Assembly: GCA_019894975.1 (NCBI GenBank)
Contig: JAGXNO010000001.1
Location: 1 to 64,000 of the forward strand
Length of the DNA stretch: 64,000 nucleotides
Reading direction: 5' to 3'
DNA from: Promethearchaeota archaeon
Lineage (GTDB): Archaea > Asgardarchaeota > Lokiarchaeia > Sigyniarchaeales > SOKP01
Part shown: positions 29,330 through 38,868 of the stretch, piece after piece
Numbering within the stretch: the stretch's first letter is position 1
Layout of the letters: every line of letters begins with the position of its first letter
Notes under the pieces: generated by a model
The model's database searches: none
The model's input: only the letters and a program-made list of their open reading frames with translations
Told to the model about the DNA's origin: nothing
Translations under genes and position numbers: made by a program

Positions 29330-30349
29330 TTAAGAAAAATACTCTTGATTTAATACATTTGTTGGGGAAAATGACTTGGAAATTATAAAATTTGTATGGG
29401 ATATTAATTCATCTAACACAAAATTTGTATAAGTATCTTCTATATTTTCTGAATTATATAGATCTCTAATAAAAGTTGCATAATCTTCAATATCCTTTAC
29501 TCGAACTATGGCAAATAATCCATATTGTTCACCTATTCGAAATAAGTCAGTAATGTTTCGATATATATCCAATTTAATCGCAAGATCATTGTATTTTGAT
29601 GGATCTTTTGGCTTAATTCGAAGAAGATATTTTCCTTTGAAACCTATTTTCTTAGGATTAAAGTTTATTGTATAGTTTAAAATTACACCTTGTTCCTCGA
29701 GTTTTTTAATTCTGTTATGAATTGTTGATTGTGAAATTTCTATTTTAAGTTGTTCTTTAAAGATTTTACTTATCTCATATGTAGATATTGGTTTGGCTCC
29801 TTGACCATCTCGTAATATACTCAAAATTTTATAATCTACATCGTCTATATCAAAAGAAACTGCTGAGTCTTTCATACTAATCCCATTTGTTTTAAACACC
29901 TTAATTGTTTCAATAATTTGATATTTTTTAAAATGTGATTTAGCCATTATTTTATCAATTGTATTTAGTATCTGATAATATTCTTCGGGGGATTTAAAGA
30001 TAAATAAGGCAAATAGAGAAAAATCTCCAATTATCCCATCCAACATTCTAATCTGGGGGATTTCAAGCAATTCCTTGACCAAATCAGGCTCTTTTGGGTT
30101 GGTTTTAATTTCAAGCATCACATATTTCAAATTATTTGGACGAATATTGGGATTAATGTTTATTGTAAAGTTTGTAATTATTTTTTGATCTCTCATACCA
30201 TCAAGTTTGTTTTGATAAGTTTGTCTAGAAAGTCCAATATCACGTGAATTTCTGGAAACAATAAATTTGGTTTTTCCGCTCATATTTTTTATGAAGCGTT
30301 GAGATTCTACTTGTTCATTAATATGTTTCATAGTATTACAATTTTGCAA
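29330..30349 (-). CDS. Lrp/AsnC family regulator with two tandem HTH-RAM units
   Basis: IDDVDYKILSIL...STIHNRIKKLEEQGVI; similar N-terminal repeat (LSRQTYQNKL...II); divergent from ahcY. Confidence 0.85.
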   Translation of the reverse strand: MQNCNTMKHINEQVESQRFIKNMSGKTKFIVSRNSRDIGLSRQTYQNKLDGMRDQKIITNFTININPNIRPNNLKYVMLEIKTNPKEPDLVKELLEIPQIRMLDGIIGDFSLFALFIFKSPEEYYQILNTIDKIMAKSHFKKYQIIETIKVFKTNGISMKDSAVSFDIDDVDYKILSILRDGQGAKPISTYEISKIFKEQLKIEISQSTIHNRIKKLEEQGVILNYTINFNPKKIGFKGKYLLRIKPKDPSKYNDLAIKLDIYRNITDLFRIGEQYGLFAIVRVKDIEDYATFIRDLYNSENIEDTYTNFVLDELISHTNFIISKSFSPTNVLNQEYFS

Positions 30350-30468
30350 ATTTCTTAATTATTACTAATTAAATGTTAGATAAAATTTATATATATTTGC
30401 ATTTGACCAAAAATAGTTTTATAAATTAATTAAACTTATTATTCTTATAAAATAAAAAGTGAAATTAA

Positions 30469-31737
30469 TTGACAAATTATAAAGTAGCAGATGAAAGCTT
30501 AGCAGAGAAAGGAAAAGAAGCATTATATATTGCAGAAAATAAAATGCCTGTAACTGCTAAAGTCATTCGTGAAAGGTTTGCTAAAGAAAAACCGCTTAAA
30601 GGTATAACAATTGCTGGTTGTCTTCATGTAACTAAAGAAACTGCTAACCTTGCTCGAACCTTAAAGGCGGGAGGTGCTGATGTTTGGTTATGTGGAAGCA
30701 ATCCACTCTCAACTCAAGATGATGTAGCCGCAGCTTTAGTAAAAGAAGATATAAATATATTTGCCTGGCATGGAAACACTGATGAGGAATTTTATTGGTG
30801 TATCAGAGAATGCCTAAAAGCAAAACCGAATATCTTAATAGATGATGGTGCAGATATGATTATAACAGCACATAAAGAATTTCCAGAATTGATAAAAGAA
30901 GGTATCATCATTGGTTGTCAAGAGGAAACTACAACAGGCGTAAAACGATTTAAAGCAATGGATGCTGCTGGAGATCTAAAAGTACCGCTCTTTCCTGTGA
31001 ATGATGCAAGATGTAAAAATCAATTCGACAATGAACTAGGAACGGGTCAAGGAATTGTTGCTGCAATTTATGGGATGCATGTATTATTTGCAGGTAAAAA
31101 TGTTGTTATTGCTGGTTATGGTCATTGTTCATCAGGGATGGCACTTCGAGCGAGAGGTTTAGGTGCGAATGTAACCGTTACTGAAGTTGATCCAATAAAA
31201 GCTTTACAAGCAAAATTTGCTGGTTTTAATGTGATGCCTATTGAAGTGACATTACCATATGCAGATATTATTTTAACCGCTACCGGATGTAAACATGTAA
31301 TTCAACCTACAAAGGAAATATTCGATAAATTGAAGGATGGAATTATACTCGGTAATCTTGGACATTTTGATATAGAAATTCCAACCAAGGAGTTGTATGA
31401 ATACGCTAAAGAAATTAAACCAGTTCGGTCAAACGTAGAAGAACTACTAATGCCTAATGGTAAAAAAGTCTATTTACTTGCTAAGGGCCGTTTAGCTAAC
31501 TTGGTACTCTCTGAAGGACACCCTGCTGAAGTAATGGATATGTCTTTTGGTTTACAATCCCTAATGTCTGAATATATCGTTAAGAATAGAGATAAACTTA
31601 AACCTGGGATGGTTGATGTCCCCGTCGAGATTGATGACAGAGTAGGTTTCCTAAAACTTCAATCCATGGGCATTGAGATTGATATTTTAACTAAAGAGCA
31701 ATATGACTATATCCATGGGTATGCTGAGGGCACATAA
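30469..31737 (+). CDS. ahcY: S-adenosylhomocysteine hydrolase
   Basis: GCLHVTKETA, SNPLSTQD, EETTTGV, GHFDIEI, GRLANL, GHPAEVMDMSF. Confidence 0.96.
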   Translation: MTNYKVADESLAEKGKEALYIAENKMPVTAKVIRERFAKEKPLKGITIAGCLHVTKETANLARTLKAGGADVWLCGSNPLSTQDDVAAALVKEDINIFAWHGNTDEEFYWCIRECLKAKPNILIDDGADMIITAHKEFPELIKEGIIIGCQEETTTGVKRFKAMDAAGDLKVPLFPVNDARCKNQFDNELGTGQGIVAAIYGMHVLFAGKNVVIAGYGHCSSGMALRARGLGANVTVTEVDPIKALQAKFAGFNVMPIEVTLPYADIILTATGCKHVIQPTKEIFDKLKDGIILGNLGHFDIEIPTKELYEYAKEIKPVRSNVEELLMPNGKKVYLLAKGRLANLVLSEGHPAEVMDMSFGLQSLMSEYIVKNRDKLKPGMVDVPVEIDDRVGFLKLQSMGIEIDILTKEQYDYIHGYAEGT

Positions 31738-32017
31738 AACATGAAATTTAGTCTCAATTTAAAAAAGTTGAGTAAAATAATGTTCTAATTATTATTTTTA
31801 TTTTTTTAATTTCCTAAATATTAATACTACCTACTGAACATAAAATCCGTATACCCGAGATGCTTCTGCACCATGGGTCTCAGTAAGTGTGTAGCGTACA
31901 AGATTTTGAGGTATTTAAAACATGTAATTATATTAGAATTGTGGGGGGCAATTAAACTATTAATCCTCAATAATTCTGTCCTAAGACTCATGTTTCTAAT
32001 AAAATTTTCTGTACTTT

Positions 32018-33052
32018 TTAACCTTTGGGATTCAAAATATCATCAGGATTGATTATTTCTCCATAAACTTCATGAGCTAATTTTTTAAGTCCATTTAAAC
32101 CAAAAGGTTCATTTTCTAGCCTATTTGACTCCCATATCTTTAAATTACTAAATTCGTTTCTTATTTCTTCAATATAATTAAGTTGAATTGATCGAGTATT
32201 AGTACAAAATTGACACTTTTTTGACTGAGGTGTTATCATATTAATATGAACTCCTTCAAGTGTAATGTACTTCTTAGTTAAGTCTCGAGCTCTTTTAATT
32301 TCTTCAAAACTAGGTTTTTCTGCTATAGTAACAAGTCTTAAAGACCCTATTGTGTGAATTAAGTCAGTAATTCTCTCTCCTCTTCTTTCAAGCTCTTCTA
32401 GCATTTGAAAAATCTCCTTTCCTAATTCTTTTCGTTTCTCATAGTCATCAAATGGTCTAATTAATTTCCGAAATAATTTAGAAAATTCTCTTACTGCTTC
32501 TTTAATAGAATTATAAAAATTCAAAGAATATTTCAATATAACTTTAACTTGGTCCTCAGGAATTTCAAATAAAGCAATCATATTCCCAGTTGGAGGAAAA
32601 TCAGCGATAATAATATCAAATTGTATTGATTGTTTATTTTCAGCATCCAAAATTTCTTGAAAAAACATTGCATTCTTAAGAGCAAGAGGGATTGAATCTG
32701 CGGTAAATGTTGTATCCATAAACGTTTCTAATTGTGGGATCAAACCGACAATTGGCATTTCCTTCATTAAGGCTTTCATTTTTGTTATTAGATTATTTGT
32801 ATATTTCTTGGCGTTTATATTTGGATCAGGTTCGATGGCCCAAATGTTTTCTGATAAAAGTGTTATTTTATTTCCAATTTCAGTATTAAATAAATCGGTA
32901 AGGTTATGTGCCATATCAAACGATATTAGTAAAATTTTTTTATCTGGAAGAAGATCTGCTAACTTCACAGCAGTAGCGGCACTAATAGAGCTTTTACCAA
33001 CACCACCCTTTCCACCCAATACGATAATTTTCTCCATTTGGAATTTTCTCAT
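32018..33052 (-). CDS. ArsA/GET3 family ATPase
   Basis: Deviant Walker A GGKGGVGKSS, SFDMAHNL, DFPPTG, C-terminal CQFC. Confidence 0.88.
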   Translation of the reverse strand: MRKFQMEKIIVLGGKGGVGKSSISAATAVKLADLLPDKKILLISFDMAHNLTDLFNTEIGNKITLLSENIWAIEPDPNINAKKYTNNLITKMKALMKEMPIVGLIPQLETFMDTTFTADSIPLALKNAMFFQEILDAENKQSIQFDIIIADFPPTGNMIALFEIPEDQVKVILKYSLNFYNSIKEAVREFSKLFRKLIRPFDDYEKRKELGKEIFQMLEELERRGERITDLIHTIGSLRLVTIAEKPSFEEIKRARDLTKKYITLEGVHINMITPQSKKCQFCTNTRSIQLNYIEEIRNEFSNLKIWESNRLENEPFGLNGLKKLAHEVYGEIINPDDILNPKG

Positions 33053-33299
33053 TCATTTTTCAAATTATATATCAAAAATAAATATGGCATAAAAAACTAA
33101 TCAATATATCTGAAAATTAGCAAAAAAATAAATTCTTTAATTAATTTAATTAATAATAATCATCACAATAAGATGATTTCAAGTTTAAAATCACAAATAA
33201 AATTAAAGCATAAAAATCAAAATTATTCAAGTTCTTATTTAATTCGTATAACAACAAATAAAATTTGAGTATATATTAAAAATTTAGTTTATTTATAGA

Positions 33300-34527
33300 A
33301 TGGATGTGATAAAGATTACAGATCAGAATGAGTTTACTACAAAATATATTATTGAAGTTAAATTTTCAATTAAAGGAGTTGTTGAAAAAAGCGATATAGT
33401 CGGCGCCATTTTCGGTCAAAGATAAAAGTCAATAGCCATATCGGCAAATCGGCTAAACTGAAGGTCTTCTTTTAGATTTAGATTTAAGAGATCTACAAAA
33501 ATCTGGACGAATTGGACGGATAGAAGTAGATAATATTTCTAAAGAGGGTGTCTCAGAAGGAAATATTAAAATTCCATCCTCATTAACTAGAAAGGAGACC
33601 GCACTCTTGGCGGCGACAGTCGAAACAGTCTCTCGCGTTGGCCCGTGCGAGGCTGAAATTACCCTAATTGAAATTAGAGATGTTCGTGAAACCAAACGTA
33701 AGAAAATTATTGAAAGAGCTGCCCAACTTCTAAAGCAATGGGACCAAAAGTCTTTAGAACAAAGTGAAATTGAAGAGAAGATGGATAAAGATATTAAACT
33801 CGGAGAAATAATATCTTGGGGTCCTGATAAACTCCCTGCAGGTCCAGATGTGGAAAAAAATCCAGATCTCATTATCGTAGAAGGAAGAGCCGACGTTTTA
33901 AATTTATTACGAATAGGTATTAAAAATACAATTGCAGTTCAAGGAACTCAAGTACCTAAATCAGTAATAAGTTTAGGAAAAAAGAAGAAGACAGTAACAT
34001 GTTTTCTTGATGGGGATCGAGGAGGTACTATTATTTTAAATGAATTATTGCAATTGTTAAAAATTGACTTTGTTGCTAGAGCTCCTGACGGGCATGAGGT
34101 TGAAGAGCTAACGAGAAAACAAATGATTAAAGCACTGCAAAACAAAAGATCCGCGAAAGATTTAAGAGATATGACGTCTGGATCTACGGAAGGAAAAAAA
34201 TATAATACTAAGGAAGAAACACTTCAAAAGTACCTCAAGAAAGTAAAAATAAAAGATGAAGCAATAATTGTGGAAGCAATTAATACTATTGAAACAGGGC
34301 ACAGTATTGGGTTTAACAAGAGCCTTAATAAGTTATTTGATTTTCCCGTTGGGGGTATTTTTGAAAAAATTAGAGATTTTAAAGATACTCAATATTTAAT
34401 TATCGATGGAGTTTTAACAAAAAGACTTTTATCACTGTCTATAAACATGAAAATCAAGTTTATTGCATGCAAAAATAAGGAAGATGAATTAACAATTCCA
34501 GAGCATTTAGTTGTCTTTTATTTTTAA
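33300..34527 (+). CDS. dnaG: Archaeal DnaG (exosome-associated, TOPRIM); exon 1 33300-33419, exon 2 33457-34527, 396 aa after splicing
   Basis: Exon 1 [26 protein letters not shown] joins exon 2 [24 protein letters not shown]; [25 protein letters not shown]. Confidence 0.9.
33420..33456 (+). other. Putative BHB-type mRNA intron in dnaG (37 nt)
   Basis: Insertion AGATAAAAGTCAATAGCCATATCGGCAAATCGGCTAA; central helix GGTC/GGCT, AA|A at both junctions, inner helix GAT/ATC; removal restores the frame and the conserved GQ-TEG. Confidence 0.78.
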
Positions 34528-34542
34528 TTAAAATATTAAATC

Positions 34543-34782
34543 TTATACAATTGGTAATGCTACAGAGAAGATTAGTTGTATAACAAATGATAAAGCACCT
34601 AAAACTAAGATACCTATTCCACAAATTTTAAAAACCAAAAAGTAATCTTTTCTATTAGGTTTATTCGCAATTTTTAGAATCCGTTTTGAATTTTGAAAGA
34701 AAAGCGACAGTCTTTCAAACAAACCAGGTTTCTTTTTCTTATCTAGTTTTGAATACTTATCATACTTTGGGTAATTTGACAC
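34543..34782 (-). CDS. secE: Protein translocase SecE/Sec61 gamma
   Basis: RILKIANKP.RKDY...KICGIGILVLGALSFVI. Confidence 0.92.
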   Translation of the reverse strand: MSNYPKYDKYSKLDKKKKPGLFERLSLFFQNSKRILKIANKPNRKDYFLVFKICGIGILVLGALSFVIQLIFSVALPIV

Positions 34783-34838
34783 AATAAAATAAATTAAAAA
34801 AGCTTTTTTAAGTTATCTGGTTAAATCAAATACAAATT

Positions 34839-35738
34839 TTAATCGAGGTCAAGAATACTTGAAATAAAAAGGTCTTTATTAAAAGGTTTTAAATCGTTAT
34901 AACCTTGACCTGTTCCTACAAACAGGATTGGTTTTTTAGTTTCGAATGAAATTGATAAAGCCGCACCACCTTTCGAGTCCGCGTCAAATTTTGTTAAGAT
35001 ATTTGCATCAATTCCTACATGACGATCGAATTCTCTAGCTTGATACAAAATATCGTTACCCGCAAGACTATCCCCTATAAAAACAACCAGATCTGGTTGT
35101 ACCACACGAACCATTTTCTGCATTTCCATCATTAAGTTTCGGTTTGTGGTTTGTCTTCCAGAGGTGTCTATTAAAACTACCTCGATTTTTTTTGCTTTAG
35201 CATGCTCAATTGCATCATAAGCAACTGAAGAAGGATCAGATTTGTACCCATGTTTTATAACAGTGATACCTACATTGTCCATATGTTTAGATAGTTGTTC
35301 AATAGCTCCAGCTCGGAATGTATCTGAAGCAGCTGCAACACAATTTATATTATTTTTTTTTAAGAGATGAGCTACCTTAGCAATTGTAGTAGTTTTTCCC
35401 GTTCCGTTAATTCCAAGAAAAACAAGTATGTAAGGTTGTCCTGAGGAGATTTTTATTTTTATTTCATTCATTAAGTCAATTTCCTTTTCAGGGGTTAAAA
35501 TACTTATAATAATATCTTTTAATGTATCAAATAAGATTTTTTTAGTTGATTTTAAACGAGTAATTTGTTGCCCCTCAAACGACTCAATAAGGTTTTTACA
35601 GATTTCATCTGCAGTGTCTATAGCAACGTCATTACTAATAAGGAGTATTCTTAAATCATTAATAGCATCCTCTATCTTATTTTCTGTTAATGTTTTTTTA
35701 ACAAAAGTAGAAAACACATTTTTTAGTTTCTTCGCCAT
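34839..35738 (-). CDS. ftsY: SRP receptor FtsY
   Basis: GINGTGKTTT, DTFRAGAIEQL, DTSGR, TKFDADSKGG, GTGQGYNDL. Confidence 0.96.
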   Translation of the reverse strand: MAKKLKNVFSTFVKKTLTENKIEDAINDLRILLISNDVAIDTADEICKNLIESFEGQQITRLKSTKKILFDTLKDIIISILTPEKEIDLMNEIKIKISSGQPYILVFLGINGTGKTTTIAKVAHLLKKNNINCVAAASDTFRAGAIEQLSKHMDNVGITVIKHGYKSDPSSVAYDAIEHAKAKKIEVVLIDTSGRQTTNRNLMMEMQKMVRVVQPDLVVFIGDSLAGNDILYQAREFDRHVGIDANILTKFDADSKGGAALSISFETKKPILFVGTGQGYNDLKPFNKDLFISSILDLD

Positions 35739-35792
35739 TTATATCCCCCATGAAAATCAGCATATCCTAAAGGAAATTTACACAATAAAGGG

Positions 35793-36209
35793 TTATTTTG
35801 GAAGGTAAGATCTTTGAATAAGTTGAGATGTTTTCTGCAAATTAAGATCAATGTTTTGCAATTGAGTTGCTATAAATTGGATTTCCTTATCATGTTGTTC
35901 AATTCTTTTATCAAGAATTTCAATTGCACCATCCAAGTCTTTTTCAATTATAACGTCTTGAGTGATTGCAAGTAACACTTTCTCAGGATCATTAATAGAG
36001 GCCTTAATATTTGCCATTCCCCCTATAGGTATTAATATCTCATCGTTTACTTTAACTCCTTCTTTAATATTCTCAATAGTTATTTTTGTATTCACAATAT
36101 TTGATCGAGATACATTTAGAATTTCAAATTGACCTTGGTACATATCCCGTTGTTCCTTCAACATTCTAAAAATTTGTAGTTGTTCTTGATAATCCTGAGA
36201 GGGTTCCAA
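35793..36209 (-). CDS. pfdA: Prefoldin alpha subunit
   Basis: EILIPIGG beta-hairpin between coiled coils; conserved rplX-pfdA-ftsY context. Confidence 0.9.
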   Translation of the reverse strand: MEPSQDYQEQLQIFRMLKEQRDMYQGQFEILNVSRSNIVNTKITIENIKEGVKVNDEILIPIGGMANIKASINDPEKVLLAITQDVIIEKDLDGAIEILDKRIEQHDKEIQFIATQLQNIDLNLQKTSQLIQRSYLPK

Positions 36210-36238
36210 ATTTTATCAAATCCGTTTGATTTTTTTAG

Positions 36239-36466
36239 TTATCCCGATAATTCTCTTATTAGGTAATCTTGAGATTCTTCTAAAGCTATTTCTTTTACTT
36301 CTTGAATGTTAATTTGACGCCTAAAAATTCCAATAGAGGTAATTTGGCTTAAAGCTTTTTCAAGAGCATCTTCCTCCTTCAACGCACGGACTTCTTTACG
36401 AAACAAATATTTCTTATGCTTCTTGCTGTAATTGCCAATTATTCTATATATTTTAATCTCTGACAT
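36239..36466 (-). CDS. rplX: 50S ribosomal protein LX (eL20/L18a)
   Basis: KIYRIIG, FRKEVRALKEEDALEK, RRQINIQEV. Confidence 0.9.
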   Translation of the reverse strand: MSEIKIYRIIGNYSKKHKKYLFRKEVRALKEEDALEKALSQITSIGIFRRQINIQEVKEIALEESQDYLIRELSG

Positions 36467-36558
36467 TGTTATTTAGATCCATTGAATCAAAGCTATTAAG
36501 AAAGGATAATATTTTAGAAAATATTAAATTTTGCTTTTTAGTAATACCTGATATTTCT

Positions 36559-37239
36559 CTACAATTGTAAAATTGATGTGATTCTCATGAGTTCTGGGCC
36601 AGTGCAATCGACTCCAAAAATTCCACTCTTATCATTTACAATTGCACCTGAACCCAAATATGGTACACCACGGTTAACCGTTGAAACATCAACCTCATCA
36701 ACTTTCAAAATTGAAGTAATGAATTCTATCTCATCATCGTTTGAGAGAGGATGTACTAGACAGCCATTATTGTTTGTTAATGAAATTGAACCTGGAAGAT
36801 AGTTATTAGCAAATTCATAAATAACAGTCTCAACGTTTAATGTGGTTTCAATTTCCTTTTTATACTCTTTCAGAAATGAACTGATAATAGCACCCTTATC
36901 ATTACAAAGAATCAAGTTTCCAAATGCATTATCTATAGATTTTAGAATACATATTTGAGGAGAATTATTTTCTTCTTTTAAGTGATCTTTTAGCTCTTCT
37001 AATTCATCGTCCTTAATGATATGAGGAACAATTATGCCATACTTATTAGATGCCGAATAGATACCTAATAAATCAGAATTATTAATTGTTAGGGGATAAA
37101 AAGGTTCCGCAAATGTATTTCTAAACTTCTTAAGTATTGGTTTAATTAATGTTGGGGGATAAAGGACGTAAGAATTATTCGCTGTAAGATATACTCCAAT
37201 TAAACTACGTCCGAAAACTTGAGATCTTAAAATTGTCAT
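36559..37239 (-). CDS. eif6: Translation initiation factor aIF-6
   Basis: IGVY, GNLILCNDKGA, NNNGCLVHP, STVNRG, TGPELMRI. Confidence 0.95.
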   Translation of the reverse strand: MTILRSQVFGRSLIGVYLTANNSYVLYPPTLIKPILKKFRNTFAEPFYPLTINNSDLLGIYSASNKYGIIVPHIIKDDELEELKDHLKEENNSPQICILKSIDNAFGNLILCNDKGAIISSFLKEYKKEIETTLNVETVIYEFANNYLPGSISLTNNNGCLVHPLSNDDEIEFITSILKVDEVDVSTVNRGVPYLGSGAIVNDKSGIFGVDCTGPELMRITSILQL

Positions 37240-37321
37240 TCTTAAATTGATAAAATTTTACTTTTTCTATTACTTTTTTATAAAAAAAGAATATGCTTTT
37301 TTGACTCATCCATTAAAGATA

Positions 37322-37774
37322 TTATGCTAGATATACAACGCATAGTCCGTCTATATTTTTTGTGACTCTTACTTTTAATTTCCTTGGAGGTTTTTGAATT
37401 CCACGTGCCCAAATCCTCTCATTTACCTCTTGAGAAATTATCAAAGACTCAGGTTTAAAATGGCGGGTCATAAAATCTCTTAAAAACCGTATTGATTTTT
37501 TAGCCCATTTATTTCTTGGACCTATTCTCGCTTTGGCTAGAGGAACAACATAAATTCTTTCATCAATAATTTCTTCTTCTTTAGGGATTTCTTCTTCCTC
37601 AAATTCCTCTAAAGCCTCCTCTTCAAAAATTTCACTAATTTCTTCTTCTTCTGTAATTTCATCTAGACTGAATTCTTTGATCTCTTCAATTTCATCTTCT
37701 GCAATTTCTTCTTTCGAGTCGATTAACTCATCTTCTAACTCATCTAAACTAATTTCCTTTTCCTTTTTTGCCAT
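37322..37774 (-). CDS. rpl31e: 50S ribosomal protein eL31 with acidic N-terminal extension
   Basis: ERIYVVPL, VNERIWARGIQKPPRKLKVR. Confidence 0.94.
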   Translation of the reverse strand: MAKKEKEISLDELEDELIDSKEEIAEDEIEEIKEFSLDEITEEEEISEIFEEEALEEFEEEEIPKEEEIIDERIYVVPLAKARIGPRNKWAKKSIRFLRDFMTRHFKPESLIISQEVNERIWARGIQKPPRKLKVRVTKNIDGLCVVYLA

Positions 37775-37809
37775 AATTTTTCAGATCAATTATCCATTAA
37801 AATCTATTT

Positions 37810-37971
37810 TTAATCTCTCTTTAGCCTGGTATTTCTCCATGTTCTCCGTGAATAGGGACTACTTCTAACTTTTCCCCCTGTTCTCTGAATTACCCAATTG
37901 GGAACTGAACTATTCTGCTTCAGTTTCTTTGCTCTACGCACTTTCGATGGTAAATCTTTATTACGAGCCAT
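37810..37971 (-). CDS. rpl39e: 50S ribosomal protein eL39 (below ORF-track cutoff)
   Basis: Hand translation MARNKDLPSKVRRAKKLKQNSSVPNWVIQRTGGKVRSSPYSRRTWRNTRLKRD. Confidence 0.93.
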   Translation of the reverse strand: MARNKDLPSKVRRAKKLKQNSSVPNWVIQRTGGKVRSSPYSRRTWRNTRLKRD

Positions 37972-37992
37972 TTTAGATTCCTTATTTTATAA

Positions 37993-38346
37993 TTATTTTT
38001 TAATATTAAACTCTTTCTTTTTGTCAAACGTTGATATCTGCTCTAAGAGCTTTTTAAATGCTTTATCTGGTAGAGGTGTTGCTCCTCTTAACTTGCCACT
38101 TTGAAATAATTGAATTAATTGTAATTCTATTTGTTCCGCAAATTGTGGTTTAACAATTCGGATATTTTCTAATCGTTGTCTTCCTTCAACACTTAAGATC
38201 TTTCTCATTACTATATATTTTTTTTCTTCAAATTCTTGTTGTTGAGCTTGTGCCATTTGTTGGTGTGCTGCTTGTTGTCTTAACTCTTCCAACTTTCTCC
38301 TTCGGATATTTTCCAACTCGTCGTCGTCGCTCAATCTGAACACCAA
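37993..38346 (-). CDS. PDCD5-like DNA-binding protein
   Basis: ELENIRRRKLEEL, ILSVEGRQRLENIRIVKP, QLIQL. Confidence 0.92.
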   Translation of the reverse strand: MVFRLSDDDELENIRRRKLEELRQQAAHQQMAQAQQQEFEEKKYIVMRKILSVEGRQRLENIRIVKPQFAEQIELQLIQLFQSGKLRGATPLPDKAFKKLLEQISTFDKKKEFNIKK

Positions 38347-38367
38347 AAATTATGATTATTAGTATAT

Positions 38368-38793
38368 TTATTCTTTACTTCTTATAATCCCATATGACGT
38401 TCTTTCCAATAAACTAGTTCCTTCAGATGACAGAACTCTTCCTTTTTTATCTTTTACTTCAATTAATTTTGCATTTTCAAGTTGCTGTAATGCTACTCTT
38501 ATTATTTTTCCACTTCCTCGAGCAGAATGATGCAATCCTTTTCCTTTTCTATTTTTTCCACCATAAAATTTTCGAAGTTTGTTGACACCTATAGGACCAT
38601 ATTTATTCACTTTTCTAAGCAATGAAGCGCTTCTGATATACCAGAAGTTTTCTGAATCGACTGGGGCTAATTCTTTAAAAAATGCAGTTTTCCAAAATTC
38701 TGAACCTTTAGGTGGTGAAATTTCGGGATATTCCTTTAACTTTTCTGCAATGATTTCAATAAGTTTTTCTGGTGAAACAACATATATAGACAT
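38368..38793 (-). CDS. rps19e: 30S ribosomal protein eS19
   Basis: KELAP, WYIRSASLLRK, GPIGV, YGG, GSGKIIRVALQQLE. Confidence 0.95.
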   Translation of the reverse strand: MSIYVVSPEKLIEIIAEKLKEYPEISPPKGSEFWKTAFFKELAPVDSENFWYIRSASLLRKVNKYGPIGVNKLRKFYGGKNRKGKGLHHSARGSGKIIRVALQQLENAKLIEVKDKKGRVLSSEGTSLLERTSYGIIRSKE

Positions 38794-38868
38794 GATCTTT
38801 AATTCAATATTTCTTTATAATATTTAATACGTTTTTAAAGCTAGAATAAATTAAAAATTTTTGTATTC

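Noticed and set aside
33420-33456. Programmed frameshift or ribosomal hop as the explanation for the dnaG interruption
   Set aside because: Stops in both frames inside the insert and no matched take-off/landing codon; BHB geometry predicts the junction exactly.
33607-34527. dnaG starting at TTG 33607 as in the ORF track
   Set aside because: It would omit about 90 residues of the conserved N-terminal domain that are clearly encoded upstream.
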